Notes: generated from the sequence alone by a model not told the origin. Shown: positions 1-8,778, counted from the first letter of the stretch. The stretch: DNA of 37,728 nucleotides from an uncultured Fibrobacterales bacterium (GCA_963934255.1 CAWVXU010000017.1:1-37728), one strand, 5' to 3'. Program-made: numbers and translations.

Positions 1-1271
1 ATATTCTCAGTTTGAACAGCGCTATCGGCTAAATTAATATTACGAACAGCATCGAGCGCCAACTTCTCATTAGAAACAGCCAAGTCTTTAATCCGCAGAG
101 TATCCACATTAATTTCAAGAGTCGAGTCATCAACAATCGCCCTAAGTGAACCATCAATATCTTTAGCAAGACCAAGACCAGCAACATCGGAATTGACTTT
201 TTCTTTGGTAATAGCGCCATCTAATATTTTTGAAGTAATCACAGCATTGTCAGCGAGTTTGGCCACAGTCACCGCAGAGTCATTAATCTTTGATGTTTCA
301 ATTCCAAAATCTTTCAGACGCAATGTATCGCCATTTAATTCTAAGGTCAAGTCATCAGGAATTACCTCTAGAGAGCCATCAGCGTTTTGACCTAAACCAA
401 GTCCTGCAACATTCTCGTTTATTTTATCTTTATTGATAGCATCATCACTTAAACCCAAAGTGATAAAATCACCACCGCTAGTATAGGTTAAAGATGAATC
501 AACCCGAATAACTCCATCAACAGCCGTATGTCCTATATGACCTGGAGTAGAATTACTATCAATTCCAACTTTAGAGAATTCACCGGTTAAAGGAATCCAA
601 CGCATAATGTTATTTTTTTGATCCCAAGCAAGAACATAACCGTCTGTTTTCTCATTCCCTATATTTGAAATTTTTAATTTTGATTCTGTAACTGCTTCAT
701 CTTTAATCTTCGATTGAACAATTGAGCCTTTGGCTATGTTATCTGACTGGATAGCACTTTGAGAAAGAGAAAGTTTTAATGTATTGGATTCGGTATCCAA
801 TAAAAAACTTGAATCCGCCTCAAAGATGATATCGTCTTTGAGACCATTTATTGACTTGACTAGAAAATCATTGTCAATTGAAGTTCCTTTGATAATTCTA
901 CCATTCACAGAGTGAGCCATTACTGATTTGGCAGCGACACTGAGTGGGATACGATTCAAAATTTCTGGTTCTGAGTTAACAGCTAATGAAACCCAAAGCT
1001 GCTTGCTAAATTTGACCGCACTTGGCAATTGGATATTTGACCCAAGCTCAACATTGAACCAACCATTATTCAAAGTAGTCGTATGAGTCTCACTCCATAT
1101 GACTTCACCGCCCTCGGCTGCATCGTTCAGTGAAATATGAAGTTGAATTTCTGCATTAAGACCAATTTCCGTATTAGCAATCCTGCCATTAAGCGGAAAG
1201 GTGAGATCATGAGTTTGAGCATAGACGCCCGAACACATAATCCAAAATAAAAGAATGATTAAAGTTTTCAA
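1..1271 (-). CDS. Secreted fibre/adhesin-like repeat protein, 3'-truncated by the window edge (>423 aa)
   Basis: Not in the ORF track because no stop falls inside the window. Translated by hand from TTG 1271: MKTLIILLFWIMCSGVYAQTHDLTFPLNGRI..., open to base 3. Signal peptide; N-terminal 'GGEVIWSETH...NGWFNVELG...LWVSLAV...RIPLSVA' region like FCB fibre proteins; 10-aa DxAVTxxK(I/L) repeats; two ~70-aa units containing VAGLGL..xxDGSL. Confidence 0.85.
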   Translation of the reverse strand, partial: MKTLIILLFWIMCSGVYAQTHDLTFPLNGRIANTEIGLNAEIQLHISLNDAAEGGEVIWSETHTTTLNNGWFNVELGSNIQLPSAVKFSKQLWVSLAVNSEPEILNRIPLSVAAKSVMAHSVNGRIIKGTSIDNDFLVKSINGLKDDIIFEADSSFLLDTESNTLKLSLSQSAIQSDNIAKGSIVQSKIKDEAVTESKLKISNIGNEKTDGYVLAWDQKNNIMRWIPLTGEFSKVGIDSNSTPGHIGHTAVDGVIRVDSSLTYTSGGDFITLGLSDDAINKDKINENVAGLGLGQNADGSLEVIPDDLTLELNGDTLRLKDFGIETSKINDSAVTVAKLADNAVITSKILDGAITKEKVNSDVAGLGLAKDIDGSLRAIVDDSTLEINVDTLRIKDLAVSNEKLALDAVRNINLADSAVQTEN

Positions 1272-1279
1272 TTTTTTAC

Positions 1280-1795
1280 CTAATATTTGTAATAGGGTCT
1301 ACTCCAACTATACACGCCAGCTTTGCCGCGAATAATCTGGTAGCCCGAATTCAATTTAAATTGAGAAAAAGCAAAATACTCAACAACACCTGTGCCGACA
1401 CTTTGATATAAAACTCTTTCGTTACCATTAGCTGAGATACTCACAATTTCATAAACTACACCGTTGGGGACTTCCCATTCAAATGATGAAGAAGTAAAAT
1501 TTGGACCACCGATGCCAAAATTAGTTCGCTTTTCAACCTCTTCAGATCCCACAACAAATTCCGCAAGAATCCCCAGAGAGTATTGAACAAAATTATCCTG
1601 AGTAAAAACGCTTTCTGCTTGGGGAGCCACCTGAGTAAAAATGCCTTCTGATTGCGGCGCCATAGACATCGCAAACGAGCCTTGAGAAGTTTCTTGTTGA
1701 AAGCTCCCACCAAAAGCATAAATAACCTCACTCTGGGAATAAGAGCAAGATAAAAGGATTACAAGGAATCCAAAGATTTTGGTGTAGTCGTACAT
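1280..1795 (-). CDS. Small secreted protein with a T9SS C-terminal-sorting-domain-like tail; likely co-transcribed with the fibre gene
   Basis: Signal peptide; SEVIYAFGG..GSFAMS N-terminus; C-terminal GPNFT...LNSGYQIIR...YYKY resembles a type A CTD. Stop lies 8 nt before the fibre start; GAGG upstream of the ATG. Confidence 0.6.
   Translation of the reverse strand: MYDYTKIFGFLVILLSCSYSQSEVIYAFGGSFQQETSQGSFAMSMAPQSEGIFTQVAPQAESVFTQDNFVQYSLGILAEFVVGSEEVEKRTNFGIGGPNFTSSSFEWEVPNGVVYEIVSISANGNERVLYQSVGTGVVEYFAFSQFKLNSGYQIIRGKAGVYSWSRPYYKY
1597..1662. repeat. Intragenic 33-bp tandem duplication (2 copies)
   Basis: cctgagtaaaaacgctttctgcttggggagcca / cctgagtaaaaatgccttctgattgcggcgcca, encoding APQSEGIFTQV-APQAESVFTQD. 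Confidence 0.85.
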
Positions 1796-1880
1796 AGCGA
1801 CCTCTGGTTACAAACCCATTAAGTTGGACCTCCTTTTAACATAAGATAAAATTCATCATAAATCAATTGAAATCTATGAC

Positions 1881-1898
1881 TTGTGACGATTATCACAA
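1881..1898. promoter_or_regulatory. CRP/FNR-family (or Rex-like) operator palindrome
   Basis: TTGTGA-CGATTA-TCACAA is an exact TGTGA-N6-TCACA, located in the divergent intergenic region. Confidence 0.55.
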
Positions 1899-2348
1899 TA
1901 TTACTTTAGTTTTTTGAGTTTCCTATCATAAGTGCTAAGAGAAACCCCAAACAGTGGGTTAATTACCCCTTTAGCATTAGGTTCCTGAGCGACTCCAGGG
2001 CATAAAACCCCAGTGAAAGTTGAATCCTAGTTAAAGTGTTTGAATCCCTTTGATGATAGAGTACTCAACTTAACTCTCGAAAATTTTCACGTGAGATGTG
2101 ATTAAGTTTTGGTTATAACGAAACAGAATGCAATTAGAATTGGTAAAGAAATCTAATTGAACTTTAAATCAGTGGTATAGAACCAAATCATAAGTGAATC
2201 CTAAGATTAAACCTTATATCGTGATTTGAGAAATAATTTATGTAAAAAGTACGCATTTTGAGTACAAATTTCATATCAAAGGCCTAATAATACTAGGTGT
2301 AAAAGATAATTTTATATATGTTTCGCTTATCTTCATTGGGAGAAATCT

Positions 2349-3749
2349 ATGTTAAGTAAATTACGATGGGTCTTTATAACTTTAGTCGCAACTTCAATAT
2401 TCGTTGCTTGTTTTTCCGCAGACCCACCTTCAGCCCCCTCAGACCCCGCTATATGGCCTCAAGTTCAATGTAATGAAACAGGATGTTCCTCAATTAATGA
2501 AGACAAGTCATTTTCTTACTGTCCAGCCGATGGCAGTGCTTGTATGCTGTGTGATGCAGCAGCAGTATGTCAAGCCCCCGACCCACTAATACCGGTTGTA
2601 GTTGAACCTGTTCTTTCAAGTATACCAACTACATCCAGCCAAGTTGTAGCTTCATCTGCTGCAGTTTCATCAGCAGTCGTTGTATCTTCCTCATCTGAAG
2701 CGGTCGTCTTTGTGCCAGTTTGTACTCGTAAGAGCACCGCACTTGAATTTAATTTCGTTTTAAATGCTTTGAAACTTCCTGGTCATCAACAAGGATCATA
2801 TGGAACCGCCGGCATATCTAGCGGGTCGTTAATTACTACTCAAGGCGGCGCTTGTGAAGACGCACAAGAAGTCGTCGCTCCAGATGTAGGTGATGATTGG
2901 AATATTTACTTGAAAAACCCTTGGACTGGCCGCACCGGTCAAAGAATCACAATTGACGTCATCACATGGTCGTCAGAACCTTCGACTGGTAATGGTAACT
3001 CAAGTACAACTCAAGTATCTAGCTCAAGTGTCGCATTACCTGATGCAGTGGCTGGTTGGTTTACTGAATCTGATTATAAAAGAGCATTCCCAAACCGTAA
3101 GCCTTTCTACACATGGGCATCATTTGTAGAAGCCTACAATGAGTTGCAAGACATCACTATTGGTGGAACATTCAAAAAGTTTTTAAACGAAGGTACGGCG
3201 GATCAAAAAAGACGTGAAGCCGCGGCATTCTTCGCCAACATCGTCCAAGAAACCGGCAGAGGAACTTGGAACACTGGTCTTTATCATATTGTTGAAACAT
3301 GTGCCGACAATGGAGTTCCTTCGGGCAACTGCCTTCATTATGGATCTGCTGCACCAAACTATTACTATGGCAGAGGTCCAATGCAACTTTCATGGGACTA
3401 TAACTATAGAAAATTTTCTGAGGCGATCTTCGGCAATGGTAATGAACTTTTGTTGAACCCTGACTTAGTTCATCAGGACCCCAAAATCGCTTGGCTTGCA
3501 GCTATGTGGTTTTGGAATCGAATTGATACTTCATGGAGTATTTCGCCTCCGACAGTTCATGACATTATGGTCAATGGAGCTGTTTTTAGTGGAACATCCG
3601 GCTTTGGTGCAACGATCAAACTCATCAATGGTGGTATAGAATGTCCTTCATCTTGGCAATCACAAGCACTAGCTCGAATTCAGTTTTATGCCGATTTCCA
3701 ATCAGCTCTCAATGTACCAGCTGACACACAAAATCTTCACTGTTTTTAA
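2349..3749 (+). CDS. GH19 chitinase, modular lipoprotein (paralog A)
   Basis: Lipobox FVAC; 6-Cys module; Ser-rich linkers; GH19 motifs REAAAFFANIVQETG, YHIVE, YYGRGPMQLSWDYNY, NPDLV, AMWFW, GFGATIKLINGGIEC; SD GGGAGA. Confidence 0.92.
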   Translation: MLSKLRWVFITLVATSIFVACFSADPPSAPSDPAIWPQVQCNETGCSSINEDKSFSYCPADGSACMLCDAAAVCQAPDPLIPVVVEPVLSSIPTTSSQVVASSAAVSSAVVVSSSSEAVVFVPVCTRKSTALEFNFVLNALKLPGHQQGSYGTAGISSGSLITTQGGACEDAQEVVAPDVGDDWNIYLKNPWTGRTGQRITIDVITWSSEPSTGNGNSSTTQVSSSSVALPDAVAGWFTESDYKRAFPNRKPFYTWASFVEAYNELQDITIGGTFKKFLNEGTADQKRREAAAFFANIVQETGRGTWNTGLYHIVETCADNGVPSGNCLHYGSAAPNYYYGRGPMQLSWDYNYRKFSEAIFGNGNELLLNPDLVHQDPKIAWLAAMWFWNRIDTSWSISPPTVHDIMVNGAVFSGTSGFGATIKLINGGIECPSSWQSQALARIQFYADFQSALNVPADTQNLHCF

Positions 3750-3786
3750 TCATTTAAATATCGCCACATAAATAACAGAACGAAAT

Positions 3787-3822
3787 TGAAAAGCCGGCTC
3801 CCAGTGGGAATCGGCCTTTTCA
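3787..3822 (+). terminator. Intrinsic terminator after chitinase A
   Basis: Imperfect GC hairpin gaaaagccggctccc-agt-gggaatcggccttttc followed by a T-run. Confidence 0.7.
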
Positions 3823-4016
3823 TTTTTAATTGGACCATTAATGGAATTTAACTCCGATGATACTAATCTTTGAAATCCTCGGTATATGGTTCAAAATTAT
3901 TCATAGATAAGATGGAACAAAATGAGACTTAAATAGACGCCAAGATTTTTTATTTTATGAATTATAAAACCATTGGTCTAACTTTGTTTCGTGAAGCCAA
4001 TCCTTCATGTTATGGC

Positions 4017-5765
4017 CTAAATTCTAGCTTGATAAGTAAAGAGATCAAAATATCTAGCCTTTAACTCAATTAATTCATCATGAGTACCTCGCTCAGCAAC
4101 AGCCCCAGACTCTATAACTAGAATCTGATCGGCTTTTCGTATCGTACTCAGTCTGTGGGCGATGACAAAAGTCGTCCGCCCCTTCATCAACTCAGTCAAG
4201 CTCTCTTGAATCATCGCTTCACTTTCAGTATCCAGATTAGAAGTCGCCTCATCAAGTATGAGTATTTTGGGATTGGCCAGCAATGCACGAGCAATTGCAA
4301 CTCGTTGACGTTGACCACCAGAAAGCTTCACGCCTCGTTCACCTATAACCGTATTTAAACCCTTTTCAAATCGATCAGTAAACTCGTTGACATAAGCAGC
4401 ATTAACTGCAGCCTTCAACTCAGCCTCAGTCGCGTTGGGCCTAGGGAAACAGATGTTCTCTTGAATTGTACCCTCAAAAAGAAAGTCATCTTGTAGGACG
4501 ACCCCAAGGCTTTTACGGTAACTTTTTAGAGTTACTAAAGAAAGGTCAACTCCATCAATAGTAATCACCCCCTCTTCAGGATTAAGGAATGAAGAAACCA
4601 GACCTGCAATAGTACTCTTGCCCGACCCCGAAGAACCAACCAGGGCAGTCACCGATCCAGCCGGTGCATTTAGAGAAACATGATTGAGAACTCTTTTTTC
4701 CTCGGAATATTTAAACGAGACATTGTTAAAGACAATATCCCCCTTTAATTTTTCTAAAATAATCGTCCGTTCCGTTGCGTCATGCTCAGAATCGTAATTC
4801 ATCAGTTCTTCGGTGCGATCAAGACCGGCAAAACCTTCAGTGAGTTGACTGCCAACATTACTCATCTGAATAATAGGTGCAATCAAAAATCCAAGATAAA
4901 TAGTAAAGGCCAAGAAGTCACCAAAGGTCAGCTCATCATGCATCATCATATAGCCACCAATGCCCATAATTCCTGCGGAAGCAATACCCAGAAGAAAGGT
5001 CGAGGAGCTTGTGACAAAAGCACTTGAAGTCATACTCTTTTTGATATTATTAAAAAGTGCAAACACGCCTTTTTCAAAAGTCAGTATTTCATGAGCTTCA
5101 GCGTTAAACCCTTTAATAACACGGATTCCATTGAGGGTCTCGGTAAGTCGTCCAGTGACCTCGGCATTAATTTTACCACGCTCTCGAAATATAGGCCTTA
5201 TAAAAGCAAATGCTCTCATGGCAATCACTCCGAAAATAATAATCGGAATTAATATATAGGCCGTCATCGTCGGGCTGATACTAATTAGCAGTCCTAATGA
5301 AATTAGAGAGGTTAATGATCCACCAATCAACTGGATTAAACCGGTACCAACAAGATTACGTACTCCTTCAACATCAGTCATAATTCGAGACACAAGTTCC
5401 CCTGACTTACTATTGTCAAAAAAATGAACCGGAAGACTCAAAACTTTCTGCTGAACTTTAACTCTGAGTTGGGCTATCAAGCGTTGCGCTTCAACACTCA
5501 GGATCCGAGTGAGTAAAAAGGAGGTAATGGACTGTATGACTATTGCTGAGGCCACCCAAATAATTATAGTGATTAGTTGATCCAAATCTTTGGCTACCAC
5601 AACTTCATCAATCAGATATTTAGTCGCTCCCGGAAGAACTAGCCCAGCCAATCGGCTAATAACAATGAGAATTAAGCCTACCAATAGAAGCTTCCTTCTC
5701 GGCCAAATAATCGTTTTAAAAACACTACTGATGCTGACACGTCTATTACTCATGATCAAACTCAT
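4017..5765 (-). CDS. ABC exporter half-transporter (MsbA/MdlB-like, TMD+NBD)
   Basis: N-terminal TM helices; Walker A GSSGSGKST; signature LSGGQRQR; Walker B ILILDEATS; H-loop IAHRLST. Confidence 0.95.
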   Translation of the reverse strand: MSLIMSNRRVSISSVFKTIIWPRRKLLLVGLILIVISRLAGLVLPGATKYLIDEVVVAKDLDQLITIIIWVASAIVIQSITSFLLTRILSVEAQRLIAQLRVKVQQKVLSLPVHFFDNSKSGELVSRIMTDVEGVRNLVGTGLIQLIGGSLTSLISLGLLISISPTMTAYILIPIIIFGVIAMRAFAFIRPIFRERGKINAEVTGRLTETLNGIRVIKGFNAEAHEILTFEKGVFALFNNIKKSMTSSAFVTSSSTFLLGIASAGIMGIGGYMMMHDELTFGDFLAFTIYLGFLIAPIIQMSNVGSQLTEGFAGLDRTEELMNYDSEHDATERTIILEKLKGDIVFNNVSFKYSEEKRVLNHVSLNAPAGSVTALVGSSGSGKSTIAGLVSSFLNPEEGVITIDGVDLSLVTLKSYRKSLGVVLQDDFLFEGTIQENICFPRPNATEAELKAAVNAAYVNEFTDRFEKGLNTVIGERGVKLSGGQRQRVAIARALLANPKILILDEATSNLDTESEAMIQESLTELMKGRTTFVIAHRLSTIRKADQILVIESGAVAERGTHDELIELKARYFDLFTYQARI

Positions 5766-5998
5766 ATCCTCAAATAACTTTGATTTATAATAACATTATT
5801 AGCTTGGTATTGATTCTATATGACAATAAATCAGGATTCAAGGGTAAAGCGAACGGATGAAAAGATAAATTTGGATACTTTTATCACACGATTAAATACA
5901 ATTAAAACAATGTCCAATTATTAATGTTTAGTCAAACAGCATATTCTGTGGCACTATTTTAGTAAATTCATCATGTACATTCCCTTGAGAAATACACA

Positions 5999-6865
5999 AT
6001 GCAAACGACAAAACTCAATAGGCAAAGCATATTACCCCTTACCTGCTCTAGATCAGGCTCATGTTGTTATGGCAAAGCCGTGATGCTCAATCCATGGGAA
6101 TTATTCAATTTAAGTCAAGAAAAAAACATAACGGCCAAAGAATTTCGAGACCTTTACTGTGAATTTGGAGGCATTCAGTTAGTCTTCAATGGCACGCCCA
6201 ACCATAAAGGTCAAAATTCATGTAGCCAATATCTGCCAAATCAAGGATGCAGCATACACTCTGGACGACCACTTGCGTGCCGTCTCTATCCACTAGGACG
6301 ACAAATTCAATCCAACGAAGCAATCTATATCTATGAGGGAAAGAAGTTCCCCTGTTTGAAGGATTGCTCTGAAGTTCTTGAATTACCTCAAATGACTGTC
6401 AGTGAATACTTAAAAGGCCAAGAAGCAGAACCTCTAGAAACAGCCCAGGATGAGTATTTAGGTATCATGCAAAACCTAGCTGACATTTCATTTGAATTAC
6501 TTTTAGATTCTGGTTTAGCTGAATCTGGAGATACTAAAACACTTTCTACATGGCGAGTTATTGGAAAGGCCTCTTCTGAAGAACTCATTCAAAGAATCGA
6601 TAAAGAGTGGCAAGACTGTTTGATGATACCATCAATAATTCATGAGATTGAAAACCCAATCCTTTTTGCTCAACAACACAATACGATATTACTGAACAAA
6701 GCACAAGAAACCTTTGGCGCCATAGAAACTTTTAAAGAGGCTCACGACGGTTCAATTTTATTGAATGCAGTATCAATCTATTTAGGGAAAAGCTTAGGCG
6801 TAGACACAAAGGGGATTTCAGAACATTGGATAGCTACGGCAAAGTCTCATGGCGCTTTAGAATAA
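5999..6865 (+). CDS. YkgJ-family cysteine-cluster (Fe-S/Zn) protein
   Basis: CSRSGSCC ... CSQY..GCSIHSGRPLACRLYP ... C motif set. Confidence 0.8.
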   Translation: MQTTKLNRQSILPLTCSRSGSCCYGKAVMLNPWELFNLSQEKNITAKEFRDLYCEFGGIQLVFNGTPNHKGQNSCSQYLPNQGCSIHSGRPLACRLYPLGRQIQSNEAIYIYEGKKFPCLKDCSEVLELPQMTVSEYLKGQEAEPLETAQDEYLGIMQNLADISFELLLDSGLAESGDTKTLSTWRVIGKASSEELIQRIDKEWQDCLMIPSIIHEIENPILFAQQHNTILLNKAQETFGAIETFKEAHDGSILLNAVSIYLGKSLGVDTKGISEHWIATAKSHGALE

Positions 6866-6931
6866 ATCATTGTGAGCTAATTGTATGTAATTATTTAGAC
6901 TTTAATATTCGAAATATCATCAAACTGAGCT

Positions 6932-7050
6932 ATGCTTAAAGAGGAGTTTAATTTTCATATTAATGCCATTTTTGGAAAAGCGTTCAAGCAAGATTAGATG
7001 GATATCATTTACTCGGCCTCATCGAGGCCAAAATCTCAACAAACCAAATT
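6932..7050 (+). pseudogene. Possible decayed DDE transposase C-terminal fragment (IS481/IS3-like)
   Basis: Frameshifted pieces LKEEF / VQARLDGY / TRPHRGQNL occur in the order expected for an integrase-core C-terminus (EF...LD..YN..RPHxG). Confidence 0.35.
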
Positions 7051-7424
7051 ACTTTCAGCGCACGATTATGTATAGCGATGTTGCACCTCCAGTAGTTTTA
7101 AGCGTAAAAGGATATTTCTAAGAGTTAGCCCGTATAATTAAGGCTCCATAGATACATTTAAAGAAACCATATTCCACTCATACAACAATCTTTTTGAACT
7201 GATTAAGAAGTTAAATTCTGTTCTCACATCATCATTTAGACTATTAACACTTTCAAAAAAAATTATTTATTATCGACAGATATATCCTCAGTAACGAGGT
7301 AAGAGTAAAATTATATGAGCTTTTTGACCTTTTTACTTCTGCAAATGTTAGTTGAATAACTACAGTATCAAACGTAACTAGTTAAATTGTATATATTTAA
7401 GCAGATATAACTTTGGAGTATTCT

Positions 7425-8708
7425 ATGATAAGTAACTTGAAAATGTCTTTAATAGGTTTCACTGCCGGCATGTTAGTTGCCTGTTTTCCTAATTCAAGCG
7501 AAGACAAACCAAGTAACCCCAACATTCCAATAGACCCGAATTCCTCTGTTGTCGTTGATGACAATGGCTCTGTCATTCCTGGAGTTTCACTCCCTTACCC
7601 CACTTCATCAACGGTAGTTTCCTCTACTTTATCTTCTTCTGGAGTAATCTCTTCCTCCTCTGTTGTCTTTGTCCCTATCTGTCAACGTCGCACCCCCACA
7701 AGCCTAGATTTTCAGTTTATTACAGGTAATCTAATGGTAGCTGGATGGCAACCAGGATCACACGAAATGGGTAATCTGACGGTCGGTACATTAATTGTCC
7801 CATCAGGCGACCCTTGTGAAGATGCTCAAGAACTAGCAGCCAAATTTGTAGGTGATGAATACAACCTTTTCTTAAAAGACGCATGGCGCGGACGTTCAGC
7901 TGATTCAATCAAAATTGATGTCATTACTTGGGACATGGGACCAGACACCGGCAATTCAAGTACCACTCAAACATCTAGCTCTAGCACAGAAATACCAGGT
8001 GCAGTTGCAGGCTGGTTGACTGAAGAAATTTACGATCAAGTTTTCCCTAATAGAGATTCGTTCTTTACATGGACTTCATTCGTAGAAGCATTTGCTGACT
8101 TACAAAAAATTACTCAACAAGGAGATTTCAAAAGCTTTCTATTAGAAGGTACTTTGGCACAAAAGAAACGTGAAGCAGCTGCCTTCTTTGGAAATATTGT
8201 TCAAGAGACTGGCTCAAATCGCACCAATACAGGACTTACCCATATTGTAGAATTATGTGCCGAAGACGGTGTTCCTGTTGCCAGGTGCGCCACTAATTAT
8301 GGTGCGTCTGGGTCAAATTACTATTACGGTAGAGGGCCTTTGCAACTTTCTTGGAACTACAACTATCAAAGTTTCTCAGAGGCAATTTATAACAACGGAA
8401 CTACATTACTTTATGACCCAGATCGTGTTCATGAAGATCCTAAAATCGCTTGGCTTGCAGCTATGTGGTTTTGGAACCGTGTTGATGCATCTTTCTTCAC
8501 ACCTCCACCTACGCTTCATGACATCATGATTAACAACGCCTATTATCAAGGAATCGGTGGATTTGGTGGAACAATTAAGGTGATTAATGGAGGCTACGAA
8601 TGCTCTTCAGCCAATCATCCACAAGCAGTTAATAGAGCAAAATACTTTAATGGTATGCAAGTTATACTGGGAATTCCTGAGGATACATCAAACTTAAACT
8701 GTATTTAA
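7425..8708 (+). CDS. GH19 chitinase, modular lipoprotein (paralog B)
   Basis: ATG 7425 follows GGAG (the ORF track starts at TTG 7413). Lipobox LVAC; Pro/Ser-rich linkers; REAAAFFGNIVQETG, HIVE, YYGRGPLQLSWNYNY, GFGGTIKVINGGYEC. Confidence 0.92.
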   Translation: MISNLKMSLIGFTAGMLVACFPNSSEDKPSNPNIPIDPNSSVVVDDNGSVIPGVSLPYPTSSTVVSSTLSSSGVISSSSVVFVPICQRRTPTSLDFQFITGNLMVAGWQPGSHEMGNLTVGTLIVPSGDPCEDAQELAAKFVGDEYNLFLKDAWRGRSADSIKIDVITWDMGPDTGNSSTTQTSSSSTEIPGAVAGWLTEEIYDQVFPNRDSFFTWTSFVEAFADLQKITQQGDFKSFLLEGTLAQKKREAAAFFGNIVQETGSNRTNTGLTHIVELCAEDGVPVARCATNYGASGSNYYYGRGPLQLSWNYNYQSFSEAIYNNGTTLLYDPDRVHEDPKIAWLAAMWFWNRVDASFFTPPPTLHDIMINNAYYQGIGGFGGTIKVINGGYECSSANHPQAVNRAKYFNGMQVILGIPEDTSNLNCI

Positions 8709-8745
8709 CCTTCAAGTAATTTAAATCCTCCATAGGATAAAATTT

Positions 8746-8778
8746 AAAAGTCGGATCCTTATTGGAGCCGACTTTTTT
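8746..8778 (+). terminator. Intrinsic terminator after chitinase B
   Basis: aaaagtcggatcc-ttatt-ggagccgacttttt hairpin with a T-tract. Confidence 0.8.

Noticed and set aside
29..390. ORFs 29-220 and 193-390, and the other short ORFs nested in long genes
   Set aside because: Alternative-frame or antisense shadows of well-supported CDSs.
1930..2015. Riboswitch in the divergent intergenic region
   Set aside because: Two weak hairpins are present but I recognise no aptamer consensus (c-di-GMP, TPP, SAM, cobalamin).
2349..8708. GH19 genes as prophage endolysins
   Set aside because: They have lipoprotein signals, chitinase-type loops and Cys residues, and there is no holin or phage context.
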